Of a stretch of DNA of 64,000 nt, positions 1 to 9,539 are shown piece by piece (positions within the stretch are counted from its first letter, which is position 1; every line of letters starts with the position of its first letter). The stretch lies in NCBI GenBank assembly GCA_963815195.1, contig CAWFGE010000023.1:256001-320000 (forward strand). Direction: 5' to 3'. Made by a program: the position numbers and the translations under genes. The notes beneath the pieces are model-generated. The model ran no database searches. It had not been told where the DNA came from and saw only the letters and a program-made list of their open reading frames with translations. The DNA comes from an uncultured Planctomycetaceae bacterium (GTDB lineage Bacteria > Planctomycetota > Planctomycetia > Planctomycetales > Planctomycetaceae).

Positions 1-2210
1 ATCCGCACGGCGAGCCAGCTCGAATGTTTTAAGTCCACATCGAATTCTAAGGACTGAGTGGAACCGTCCGCCACGATTTCCCGCTTGGCGACCGGCTGGC
101 CGTTGACGATCAACTCGACCGGGACCTTGCGGCTATCGCCGATCCGGCAGCGCTCGATGTGCCAATAGGGTTTTTGATCGAGCCGGGCGTTTTTGATCCG
201 CCGGGTTTCATCGGTGGGTTCGGGTTCCAATCGGGCGGCCACGTCGAATTTGACTTTGACTTTTCCGGGTTTCTCGAGACTCAACTGGCTGAGTTTTTTC
301 TCGCTGCCCGGTTCGCCGAGGGCGACGGTGGTTTGGGTTTTGGGATCGGTCACGCTGAGATCCAGAATATGGCTGCGGCCGTCGCCGCAATAACTCCGCC
401 CATCTTTGACGCCCAGAATCCAGGTATCAAAGTCGAGCTTCTCGCCTTCGGGGACCTTGACATAAATCCGGCCGAGGCCAACTTTGTCGCCGTAGATGCA
501 GGGGAAATCGGTCTCGCCGCTGATCTTCGCCCGGAAGCCGCAGTTCAGCGTGTGATACCAGATGTTGAGTTCCCAGATGCTCGGCGTATCGACGGCGGAG
601 ATGAAGTCACACACATCATGGGCCACCGTGACGATGTACTCGTTCGCCCCGATGCCGTCGAACTTGGGCATTGCGTAATCGGGCAGTTTGTCCGCGGCCT
701 TGCCGTTCCCACCCTCCGGCGGTCGGCGATAGTTCACGAACTGCCGGGACCCGTTCGGCATGATGTCCGGCAGTTGCAGGCCCCAACCGCTGTGGCTATA
801 GCCCACAACCCCGCCTTGCTTTTTGCCCCAAGCCAAGACGGGCAGCGTCCAACTCGGCCACTGCTCGATATATTCGGTGCCGGGGTAGTCATCTTCCTTG
901 AGGCGGAGCAAACACAAATGCCCGGCGTGCGACGAGGGGAAGCCGCTGACTTCGACATCGTAGCGCATCAGATAATTCGGCCGGGACAGGGCTGAGGTCT
1001 GGCCTTCGAAATACTGCTTCTGCGTGTACCAGCACGGCCCCCACGAGAGCACGCAGCCCACGTTGAGATCCTCGCCCAGAATGTGCCGGAGCATGTCCGA
1101 GGGCGTGACGCCTTCGGTGGGGCTGTCGTAGTGGGCACAACCCGCGGCGTGCACGTGATGGTCCCCGGAATACCAGCCGCGAGTCGCGGGATGCGTCCAC
1201 CTTTTCAACTGGAAGTCGGCCTTGATGCTCGCCACCTTTTCGGGCACCCTCAGCGTGCGGGTTTGTTCGAGATATTCCGGCCCACGGGCGATCGTGACTT
1301 GATATTCGCCCGGCGGCAGGTAAACCGTTTCTCCGTCCGCGCGGTAGATTTGATTGTGGAAGAAAAAGTCCGGAGCCAGCCGGCGGGCGGGGTTCGGATA
1401 AACCCGGCCCAGCTTATCGCGAATGACAAACGCCGCCGTCGTCGGTGATCCATCTTCATCCTTCACCCCTAAAGCGACCGTGACCGCCGGGACGCAGTCG
1501 AACAACAGCGCCACGGAATTGCGAAAGCCGATGTCCTGCGTGCCCTGGCCCACGTTGAAGGACAACTCCGCTTCGCGCCGGCCCGCGTCCCGGCTGTAAA
1601 GCTGAATGATGCGGTATTCGAGCTCCAATCCCGACAGCGTTGGCTTCTGCGGCTGCTTGTCGAACATCGCGATGTCCAAAAACCGCTGCGAGACTTCGCC
1701 CGGCGGAACGAGCTTTTGCTCGGTGAGCGGCCGCTGCCTCGGTCCCTGGCCGCGCATGTAAAGCGGAGCCGCGTTGGGGCTTTCCGCGACGAGTTTGGGA
1801 TTGATGCCCGCTTCGTTGTGCACCTTCACGAGAAACGTCCGCCAGCCTTGCTGCACGAGTTCCTTCTTCGCTGGGCCCTCGGCGACTTTCACCCGGCTCT
1901 CCGCGTTGATGTGCACGCCGGCGAGGCAGTATTTGTCGAGGATGTCCTGAATCTGCCGAATCGCCTTGGGATGATCGGTGCTTTGGATGGCCTCTTTGAG
2001 AGCCTGCGCGTCTCCATCGCTTAAGGGAGCACCGACATATTTGAGCGCTTCGAGCAAGCGTTCGCAGGCTGCGGCGAGTGGCTGGTGTTCGACGTTCTGC
2101 ACCAGATCGAGTTTCGCCGCCCGAGCGGCCGAGGCTCCGCAGTGTCCAAACCCCGCAAAGAGAACCAGCAAGCACAGACATCGGCGAGGGAAGAGAGTGG
2201 AAGTAAACAT
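1..2210 (-). CDS. CehA/McbA-family (PHP-like) metallohydrolase, secreted; 3' end runs off the window
   Basis: Manual translation from ATG 2210 (MFTSTLFPRRCLCLLVLFAGFG, signal-like) is open to base 1. Motifs GWYSGDHHVHAAGC, YSHSGWG, WYHTLNCG, SGETDFPC. Absent from the ORF track because no stop lies in the window. Confidence 0.8.
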   Translation of the reverse strand, partial: MFTSTLFPRRCLCLLVLFAGFGHCGASAARAAKLDLVQNVEHQPLAAACERLLEALKYVGAPLSDGDAQALKEAIQSTDHPKAIRQIQDILDKYCLAGVHINAESRVKVAEGPAKKELVQQGWRTFLVKVHNEAGINPKLVAESPNAAPLYMRGQGPRQRPLTEQKLVPPGEVSQRFLDIAMFDKQPQKPTLSGLELEYRIIQLYSRDAGRREAELSFNVGQGTQDIGFRNSVALLFDCVPAVTVALGVKDEDGSPTTAAFVIRDKLGRVYPNPARRLAPDFFFHNQIYRADGETVYLPPGEYQVTIARGPEYLEQTRTLRVPEKVASIKADFQLKRWTHPATRGWYSGDHHVHAAGCAHYDSPTEGVTPSDMLRHILGEDLNVGCVLSWGPCWYTQKQYFEGQTSALSRPNYLMRYDVEVSGFPSSHAGHLCLLRLKEDDYPGTEYIEQWPSWTLPVLAWGKKQGGVVGYSHSGWGLQLPDIMPNGSRQFVNYRRPPEGGNGKAADKLPDYAMPKFDGIGANEYIVTVAHDVCDFISAVDTPSIWELNIWYHTLNCGFRAKISGETDFPCIYGDKVGLGRIYVKVPEGEKLDFDTWILGVKDGRSYCGDGRSHILDLSVTDPKTQTTVALGEPGSEKKLSQLSLEKPGKVKVKFDVAARLEPEPTDETRRIKNARLDQKPYWHIERCRIGDSRKVPVELIVNGQPVAKREIVADGSTQSLEFDVDLKHSSWLAVR

Positions 2211-2317
2211 GCTGCGGACCTCCGAGTGAGAGTGGACCCAAATCACACCTCATAGCCTACCGTGAACCGGCCCGGTTTTCAAAATCACCGGCCGCTTTCT
2301 GTTTTGTCAAGCGGCTT

Positions 2318-2404
2318 GGGTGGCACGCTCTGAGCGCAGCGAAGGGCGTGGCGATCGCAAAGTCCACGCCCTTCGTTCCTCAGGGCGTGCCACCCGTGCC
2401 ACCC
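2318..2404. repeat. REP-like palindromic repeat, family A (GGGTGGCACG...CGTGCCACCC), copy 1
   Basis: Nested inverted repeats GGGTGGCACGC/GCGTGCCACCC and GAAGGGCGTGG/CCACGCCCTTC; similar copies at 19895 and 27586. Confidence 0.85.
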
Positions 2405-2762
2405 GTGCGAAACCAACAAGCCATCCCGTTCACGACGATCGCTATTTGCGGTCGAATGAGGCTTGTGTTTCTGTTGCGCGATTGCGGGATTCTTGAATTT
2501 TTTTTGCGAAACCCGAGACAGCGGTGTGACATCGACGCAGTTTGATTCAAGAACGCAGGTTGCGCGGAAAAATCCAAAACCCGATTCCGCGGAACTTGGC
2601 CGGGTTCGTGGAAACCCCGTGGATTCCCTCATGCCGGCGGAACTGGCTTGCCGAAATTACCAGAAGAACCCAGCGTGCGGAGGCATGCCGGTTTCACGAC
2701 GGTTTTCTTAGCGGGAAAACCATTTTTTTCCCTTCTGCCGACAAGATGTTGTCAGGACTGCG

Positions 2763-3704
2763 ATGGCCACCCAAGCGAACACGCCGGGTCCCCCGGAGTT
2801 GTCGGTCGTCTCAAACGGTGCGGACGCTCCGACGGCACCCCCGCCCACGCCATTTCTCTATCTGGAGATCAGGCGGGGACAGACCGAATTTCCCGAACGC
2901 CCCGTTTACTCGCGAAATTTTTTGATCGGCAGCGGTTGCGATTGCGATTTGCGTTTGGGTGGCGCAGGCATCCCCGAAGCCCATTGTGTGTTGGTCGCCC
3001 GCGCCAGCGAAGTTTGCATCCAATGGCTGGCCGAGGCCCCGCCGCTTTACATCAACGGAGAACTCACCCACGAATGCAGCCTCTGTGAAGGCGACGAAAT
3101 CGCGATCGGGCGGTTTGAATTTATTGTCCATCGACTCATGGGACACGCCGCGGTCGCCAAGGAACAAAAACACGCAAAACCCGATGCCCAACCCAACCCG
3201 CCGCTCGAAACCGGGGCCTTGCTGAATCTCCTTTCGGAAGCCAAACAACAGGAAGAATCGGCCGATCTCGCGGAAACGCCTGCGAGCGAACTGGCCGCGA
3301 AATGGGAAACCGACCAGGAATTGATCGAAGAATTTGAGGCCGCGGTCAGGCAGGGCGAAGCGGCTCTTTTGTATGCCGCCGCCCAGCGGGCCGCGGACTT
3401 GATGGATGATCCCTCTCTGTCGAAAACATCCGAACCGCCTGTTCCCCGATCGGCCGGCGATCCGATTGAAGAGGAAGTCCTGGAAGAATTGGAGCAGGTC
3501 ATCGAGCAGTTGAGCGGGTTTTCCGCCGAGTTGGAACAACGGGCCAAACGCCTCGCCGAGCAGGAAGCCACGCAAACGGAAGCGGCGGAACTTTTGCTGG
3601 ACGCTCAAAAAGAATTGGCCGCCCAACTGGACCGCTTCCAACAACAAGTCGCCGACACGCATATACCGCAGGAAACAGAACCCAAGCTGCGAAAAGCCGC
3701 CTAG
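2763..3704 (+). CDS. FHA-domain protein with C-terminal coiled coil
   Basis: FLIGSGCDCDLRL...HC...LYING...GDEIAIG FHA pattern; E/Q/A-rich helical tail. Confidence 0.8.
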   Translation: MATQANTPGPPELSVVSNGADAPTAPPPTPFLYLEIRRGQTEFPERPVYSRNFLIGSGCDCDLRLGGAGIPEAHCVLVARASEVCIQWLAEAPPLYINGELTHECSLCEGDEIAIGRFEFIVHRLMGHAAVAKEQKHAKPDAQPNPPLETGALLNLLSEAKQQEESADLAETPASELAAKWETDQELIEEFEAAVRQGEAALLYAAAQRAADLMDDPSLSKTSEPPVPRSAGDPIEEEVLEELEQVIEQLSGFSAELEQRAKRLAEQEATQTEAAELLLDAQKELAAQLDRFQQQVADTHIPQETEPKLRKAA

Positions 3705-3780
3705 ACCAGCCCAGCGGCGTTGAAACCGCGCTTTGAAGGAAATGCTGTTTAGCAACGAAGAACTGGATTGGGGGAACGAC

Positions 3781-3811
3781 GAAGCCCGGCCACCTTAGGG
3801 TGCCGGGCTTC
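3781..3811 (+). terminator. Stem-loop, probable intrinsic terminator
   Basis: GAAGCCCGGC(C)ACC-ttag-GGTGCCGGGCTTC followed by TGTCTATTT, downstream of the FHA gene. Confidence 0.6.
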
Positions 3812-3965
3812 TGTCTATTTCCGCGCGGTCCGCTTTTGAGATTGATCCTGCGGTTGAGAAATCACAGACTTATACCACAATCAACCAACAGGCGAGCGTG
3901 GGGCGGCAGCCCCAGGCGGATGTTGAATCAAGAGGCATAAAAAAAATATTGGAGCATCAATCACC

Positions 3966-4658
3966 ATGGCAACGCAACTGACGTTTCTGGGACACGGCTC
4001 CTTTCAAATCGAAACGGGCGGCCAGACGATTTTGATCGACCCCTTTCTCACCGATAACCCCGCGGCTTCCACGACGGCCGATGCCGTCTCTCCCGATGTG
4101 ATCCTCGTCTCGCACGGCCACGGCGATCACATGGGCGACACCGTCGCCATCGCCAAACGCACCGGGGCCTTGGTGATCGCCAACTTTGAAATCTGCAACT
4201 GGCTCGGGGAGCAGGGCGTCTCAAACACGCACCCGCAGCACATCGGCGGCGCGCACCGGCACGCCTTCGGCACGCTCAAGCTCACCATCGCCCATCACGG
4301 CTCCATGCTGCCCGACGGCTCCAACGGCGGCAACCCCTGCGGATTGTTGTTGAAGCTGGCCGACGGCAATATCTATCATGCCTGCGACACGGGCTTGTTT
4401 CTGGACATGCAGCTCATCGGCGAAGTCGGCCTGGACGTGGCGATCCTGCCCATCGGCGACAATTTCACCATGGGCCCCGACGACGCCCTGAAAGCGGTCA
4501 AGTTTCTAAAGCCCAAACGCGTCATCCCCGACCATTACAACACCTGGCCCCTCATCGCCCAAGACGCCGAAGCCTGGGCCAAGCGCGTCAAAGCCGAAAC
4601 CGAGAGTGAACCCGTCGTCCTCGAACCCGGGGGCACGTTGACGCTCGGGTCATCCTAG
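3966..4658 (+). CDS. Metal-dependent hydrolase, metallo-beta-lactamase fold (UPF0173-like)
   Basis: LGHGSF, IDPF, SHGHGDH, YHACDT, LPIGDNFTMGP, HYNTW motifs. Confidence 0.9.
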   Translation: MATQLTFLGHGSFQIETGGQTILIDPFLTDNPAASTTADAVSPDVILVSHGHGDHMGDTVAIAKRTGALVIANFEICNWLGEQGVSNTHPQHIGGAHRHAFGTLKLTIAHHGSMLPDGSNGGNPCGLLLKLADGNIYHACDTGLFLDMQLIGEVGLDVAILPIGDNFTMGPDDALKAVKFLKPKRVIPDHYNTWPLIAQDAEAWAKRVKAETESEPVVLEPGGTLTLGSS

Positions 4659-4766
4659 ACGCTCCCACAACGAACCGCGGTATGCCGGGTCACCGCGCGG
4701 CTCGTCTCAAGCTTTTTTCGTTCTTGTTGAAACGCCACCAGAATCCCCTTCCCGTTTGATTTGATG

Positions 4767-5394
4767 ATGGCACCTTCGCCCACACTGATTCTCGCCAGCC
4801 GGAACGAAAAGAAGATCGGCGAGATCCAGGCTCTGTTAAAACCTCATGGGATTTTCGTCACGGGGATCTCCGAATATCCCGACCTCCGCGACGTCGAGGA
4901 AGATCAAGACACATTCCAAGGCAACGCCGAAAAAAAAGCCCGCGAGATCGCCCGGAAAGTCAAGCAGTGGACGCTCGCCGAGGACAGCGGCCTCTGCGTC
5001 GATGCCCTGGGCGGCGAGCCGGGGGTGTTTTCCGCCCGCTACGCCGGCGAGACCGGCAGCCGCGAAGAGCGCGACCGCCGCAACAACGAAAAACTGATCC
5101 AGGCCCTGGCCAACGTTCCTCTTGAGAAGCGAAGCGCCCATTACGTTTGCCACGTCGCGGTGGCGGACCCGGCGGGCGACATCCGGCTCAACCAGGAAGC
5201 CACCTGCAACGGCCGCATCATCGATGAGCCGCGCGGCACCAACGGGTTCGGCTACGATCCGCATTTCCTCATCCTGGAATATCACCGCACCTTCGGCGAA
5301 TTGAGCCCGCTCGTCAAAAACAAACTCAGCCACCGCGCGGGCTTTCCAGAGATTGATCCCGAAACTTGTCGCTCAATTGCCTGGGACGATTTGA
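4767..5394 (+). CDS. rdgB: Non-canonical purine NTP pyrophosphatase (RdgB/HAM1); apparent 2-bp frameshift near 5340
   Basis: ASRNEKK, AEDSGL, PGVFSARY, GFGYDP, KNKLSHR. Adding 2 bp in the CGCGCG run gives SHRARAFQRLIPKLVAQLPGTI* with the stop at 5392-5394. Confidence 0.9.
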
Positions 5395-5791
5395 GATTCC
5401 GATTCGTCGTCGTTCTCGAATCGTCGCATTCCTCAACCGGCGGCATGTCTTGGCATCGTGGTGCAACCACATAAGTTGTTTTGAGAAAACCGGTTACGAG
5501 AAAAATCGCCCCATTTTGGCCGGCGGATTCTAACCTGAACAAAAACCGACTTCTTGAAAACTTCTGAAAAAATGGCAGAATTCGGTGAACCAATCTGAAA
5601 GTTTTGGCGTCCCCATCCGTAGATGTAGAGAGTGTCGGCGCCCCATCAGCGCCTTCATCGTCAACCATTTTCTCTTACCCCTTGTTGGAGAGGTTTCTCC
5701 AATTTCTTTTGGCTCAAACGCTGAGCCACTTCTTTTTCAGGAAACGGATCAGTTTCCTTGGTGCTGCGGGTCAACCGCAGGAGGTGATGTG

Positions 5792-6223
5792 ATGTTGCGG
5801 AATATCGAAAATCAGAATTCGGTCGCTTTGATCCTCTCCGATCTGAACATCGGTTTGGTGGTCGCCGCCGGTTCCGCCATCGCGCATGACCTCCGTCTAC
5901 GGGAACGTCTCCTCGAAATGCCGAGGGAGGAATTTCCGGGACGCCCCATGCTCGGGAAACGGCCCTCCGATCCCCAGCCGGATACGAAACGCACGTATCC
6001 AGGCGGCGGATTGACGGAAACCGCGGCCACAACCGCGGCGTCCGCCTCCGCCAGTTCCAGCCGATGCGCGGAAAGTCCGCTGTATTCCTTAGGAATAGGG
6101 CATCGCTTTCCCCAGACCTTAGACCAGCGTCATTGGCGCCGCTCGCAGGTCTCGGTCGCATCAGGCCGGTGTGGAGAGGGGATGGCCCAACCGGTGTGTT
6201 GTCCGGCAGTCGTATCCGGCTAA
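5792..6223 (+). CDS. Hypothetical protein (143 aa) upstream of an ECF sigma gene
   Basis: Strong Shine-Dalgarno sequence (AGGAGGTGA) just before ATG 5792; open frame; no recognisable domain. Confidence 0.4.
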   Translation: MLRNIENQNSVALILSDLNIGLVVAAGSAIAHDLRLRERLLEMPREEFPGRPMLGKRPSDPQPDTKRTYPGGGLTETAATTAASASASSSRCAESPLYSLGIGHRFPQTLDQRHWRRSQVSVASGRCGEGMAQPVCCPAVVSG

Positions 6224-6552
6224 TTGCTCGGGTTACGAATTGCCTCAACAAATCGGTTCGGTCGTGGGCGGCTTTGCCGGGGATCACAAGTCCTCTTGAA
6301 TTGTGATTCCCTACGGCGTGTCCCGGTCCCAGCTTCAGGGCTTTGTTGCCCCAGGCGGATTCTTCCGCACCTCGGCAACAAAACTCCGCTGAGATTTGGC
6401 CGGAAGCCTCGCGTGTGTTGCTGACTTATTTTCTTTCGCAGCCGCCCGAGTGCCGTCGCAAAGTCCTGCTTTGGGAATTTCCGAGTTTGCACGCGGTTTG
6501 AGTTTGATGAACGAACTTCTCAAACCGTTCCCAAGAAGGGAGCTGATCCATT

Positions 6553-7104
6553 ATGAACGAAACTGAAATGATCCAGTGGGTGACGTTGGCCCAGGCGGGC
6601 GACCGCGAGGCGTTCGGCCGGCTCGCGGAGCAGTTCGAGCAGACGGTGTTCGCGACGGTCTTCCGCCGGCTGCGGAACCACGCGGAAGCCGGGGAAGTCA
6701 CGCAGGACGTGCTCATCCAGGCGATGCGGAAGCTGCCGCAATTGCGGGATCCAGCCCGGTTTGCGGGTTGGCTCAAGCGGATCGCCGTGCGGATGTCGAT
6801 CAACCGTGCGGTCCGCCGGCCCCATGAGACAGCGCGCAGCCCGGAAATGTTCGGTTCGCTGACAGACAACACGGAAACGCCGCTGGCCGACTTGATGCGG
6901 ACCGAAGCCGCCGCCGAGGTCCGGGGCGGCTTGGAAAAGCTCCGCGAGCTGGATCGGCAGACGCTGATCGCGTTCTACTTCGAGGGCCAGTCCCTCAAAG
7001 AGATGAGCGACCAGATGGGCAGCCCGATCGGCACGATCAAGCGGCGACTGCACACGGCCCGCAACCGGCTGAAGGAAATGCTGGTCGAAATGCAATCGGC
7101 CTGA
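6553..7104 (+). CDS. ECF RNA polymerase sigma factor
   Basis: AQAGDREAFGRL, EVTQDVLI, FAGWLKRIA (region 2); SLKEMS...PIGTIKRRLHTARNRL (region 4). Confidence 0.92.
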   Translation: MNETEMIQWVTLAQAGDREAFGRLAEQFEQTVFATVFRRLRNHAEAGEVTQDVLIQAMRKLPQLRDPARFAGWLKRIAVRMSINRAVRRPHETARSPEMFGSLTDNTETPLADLMRTEAAAEVRGGLEKLRELDRQTLIAFYFEGQSLKEMSDQMGSPIGTIKRRLHTARNRLKEMLVEMQSA

Positions 7105-7133
7105 ACACGGTGCTAACCACCGGCAAATGAAAC

Positions 7134-7174
7134 CCAAGAGCCTGGGGAGTCACTGCGATTCTTCAGGCTCTTGG
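7134..7174 (+). terminator. Stem-loop after the sigma gene
   Basis: CCAAGAGCCTG...CAGGCTCTTGG inverted repeat. Confidence 0.55.
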
Positions 7175-7385
7175 TGTTGGTCGGGTCGATCGAGCGTGCG
7201 TCGACTTTGCTTTGCTCTCTTACGAGATCCAAGATAGCCAAGTAATCTGCAAACCCTTCAGCAAACCATCGACGAAGTGCTGTCATAAACCCGCCCGATG
7301 GGTTATGCTCAGAAAGTCGGCGATCGCTCCACGAACGTAGTGGCTCGTTGATCGTCGCATCATAAACGGGTTGAGTTGTGGATAC

Positions 7386-7685
7386 ATGAGCAGTGTAGTA
7401 ATGCTTGCCCTTTTTATTCAGTTTCTCATCATTTCTTACTTGGTGATCGTGAATGCTACACCCGAGACGAAATTTTCGCGCATCAATCGCACATTGATTC
7501 GCGTCGTTCTCGCCGCATTGATTCCCGGTCTGATCCTTGGAGCCAGCGGAGCCGTGCCGGGCATCATGGCCCCCTTTGGCCCTGAGCGATTCGCTTATTT
7601 TGCGCCGCTGTTTTGTGTGGGATTATTCGTTGGAGTTGTGGCCCAAATCGTCCGGTATGCTTGTCGATATTACGATCGTTCCTGA
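7386..7685 (+). CDS. Small membrane protein (about 3 transmembrane helices)
   Basis: Three hydrophobic segments; fills the gap between the sigma and sulfatase genes; visibly more AT-rich than its flanks. Confidence 0.55.
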   Translation: MSSVVMLALFIQFLIISYLVIVNATPETKFSRINRTLIRVVLAALIPGLILGASGAVPGIMAPFGPERFAYFAPLFCVGLFVGVVAQIVRYACRYYDRS

Positions 7686-7720
7686 GACTTACGTTCCGAT
7701 TTCATCACGAGATTGCCCCA

Positions 7721-9154
7721 ATGATTGACCGCTGTTTGCTGCTCCTCGCCTGTTTGTTTCCCGTCGCGAATGTTGTCCGGGCTGAAGCTCCGAAATACAA
7801 CGTGCTGTTTATCATTTCGGACGATCTGACGAAAACGGCTCTTTCGTGCTACGGAAACAAAGTCTGCCAGACGCCGAACATCGACCGCCTCGCCGCGCGG
7901 GGCGTCCGATTTACTCGCGCGTATTGCCAGGGCACGTATTGCGGACCGTCGCGGGCTTCGTTTATGTCGGGGTATTATCCGCACGCCACGGGCGTGCTGG
8001 GCTACATCAGCCCCCGCAAAGCCATCGGCGACCGGGAAACCTGGGCGCAGCATTTCAAGAACGCCGGCTACTACACCGCCCGCGTAAGCAAAATCTTCCA
8101 CATGGGCGTGCCCGGCGGGATCGAACAAGGCACCGACGGCGCGGACGATCCCATCTCCTGGACCGATCGCTTCAACAGCCAAGGCCCCGAATGGAAAGCC
8201 CCCGGCACCGGCGAGACCCTGGAAGGCAACCCCGACGGCAAAAAGCCCGTGGTCGGCGGGAACACGTTTGTCGTGGTGGCCGCCGACGGTGACGACCTTG
8301 TCCACTCCGACGGCAAGACCGCCGCCAAAGCCTGCGAACTCATCGCGGAGCATAAGGACGAACCGTTCTTTTTGGGCGTGGGGTTCGTTCGGCCGCATGT
8401 GCCGTTCGTTTCGCCCCAGCCCGACCACGAGCCGTTCCCCTTCGAGCAAATGCAGCTTCCGCCCAAAGTCCCGGGCGATTGGGACGACATCCCCAAAGCC
8501 GGCATCAACTACAAAACCAGCAAAAACATGCAGATGAACGTCACCCGGCAAAAGAAAGCCGTGGGCGGATATTACGCGGCGGTGCGGTTTATGGATCGGC
8601 AAGTCGGCAAGGTCTTGGATGCCCTGAAAGACGCCGGCTTGGACGAGAAGACAATCGTGATTTTTACCTCAGATCACGGCTACCACCTGGGCCAGCACGA
8701 TTTCTGGGCGAAGGTCAGCCTGCACGAAGAATCTGCGACCGTGCCTTTGATCATCAGCGTCCCCGGCAAGAAACCCGCCGTCTGCCGTTCCTTCGTGGAG
8801 TTGTTGGATCTTTATCCCACCGTCTCGGCTCTGTGCGGACTCGATGTTCCCGACCGGCTCCAGGGAAAAGACATCTCAAAGATGCTTGACGATCCAAGCC
8901 ACCAGGTCCGGGGCGCCGCTTTCAGCGTGAATGGCAAGGGCTTTCTCTTGCGGGAAGACCAATGGGCCTACATTCAATATGCCGAGAACGCTTCCAACGG
9001 AATCGAACTGTTCGACATGAACGCCGACGCCGAGCAATACACCAACCTCGCCGACAGCCCCGAACATCGGCAAGTCGTGGAACGCTTCAAACAAAAGCTC
9101 GCCGACAAACTCAAAAGCGTCCGCGACAACGATCTGAAACAGCCGCAAAAATGA
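7721..9154 (+). CDS. Formylglycine-dependent sulfatase (iduronate-2-/choline-sulfatase-like)
   Basis: Signal peptide; NVLFIISDDL, CGPSRASFMSG, KIFH, RPHVPF, FTSDHGYHLG. Confidence 0.93.
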   Translation: MIDRCLLLLACLFPVANVVRAEAPKYNVLFIISDDLTKTALSCYGNKVCQTPNIDRLAARGVRFTRAYCQGTYCGPSRASFMSGYYPHATGVLGYISPRKAIGDRETWAQHFKNAGYYTARVSKIFHMGVPGGIEQGTDGADDPISWTDRFNSQGPEWKAPGTGETLEGNPDGKKPVVGGNTFVVVAADGDDLVHSDGKTAAKACELIAEHKDEPFFLGVGFVRPHVPFVSPQPDHEPFPFEQMQLPPKVPGDWDDIPKAGINYKTSKNMQMNVTRQKKAVGGYYAAVRFMDRQVGKVLDALKDAGLDEKTIVIFTSDHGYHLGQHDFWAKVSLHEESATVPLIISVPGKKPAVCRSFVELLDLYPTVSALCGLDVPDRLQGKDISKMLDDPSHQVRGAAFSVNGKGFLLREDQWAYIQYAENASNGIELFDMNADAEQYTNLADSPEHRQVVERFKQKLADKLKSVRDNDLKQPQK

Positions 9155-9539
9155 CCGGCTGCTGACAGTTCGAGGGACAAAGGCCACAAAGCGGCAAAGG
9201 CGGCAAAGTGGCTGAGCGCAGAACTGTTCAAAAGCCGGAATTCTGGCGGAATGGAGTCGGCGATTGTATCTTCGGGCCGCCGATCTGGTATGATAAAGAG
9301 GGAGCCAAAACGCCCCTCTTGTCCCAGATTGCGGAATTTCTCTTGGCGGATTTTCGCCATAAGTCATTCCAATTTCAGGACTTGCAGCCGAAAAGCTTCC
9401 GGGCCACCAAAAAAACCTGAAAAACCGACGAAGGTTTTCCCGATTCGGTGGGTGTTCTTATGGGTGGCAAATGGGCCGGCCGCTCTGGTCCCCGCCCAAT
9501 CGTCCACCACGCCAGAAAAAATGACTGGAGGAACTGAAC

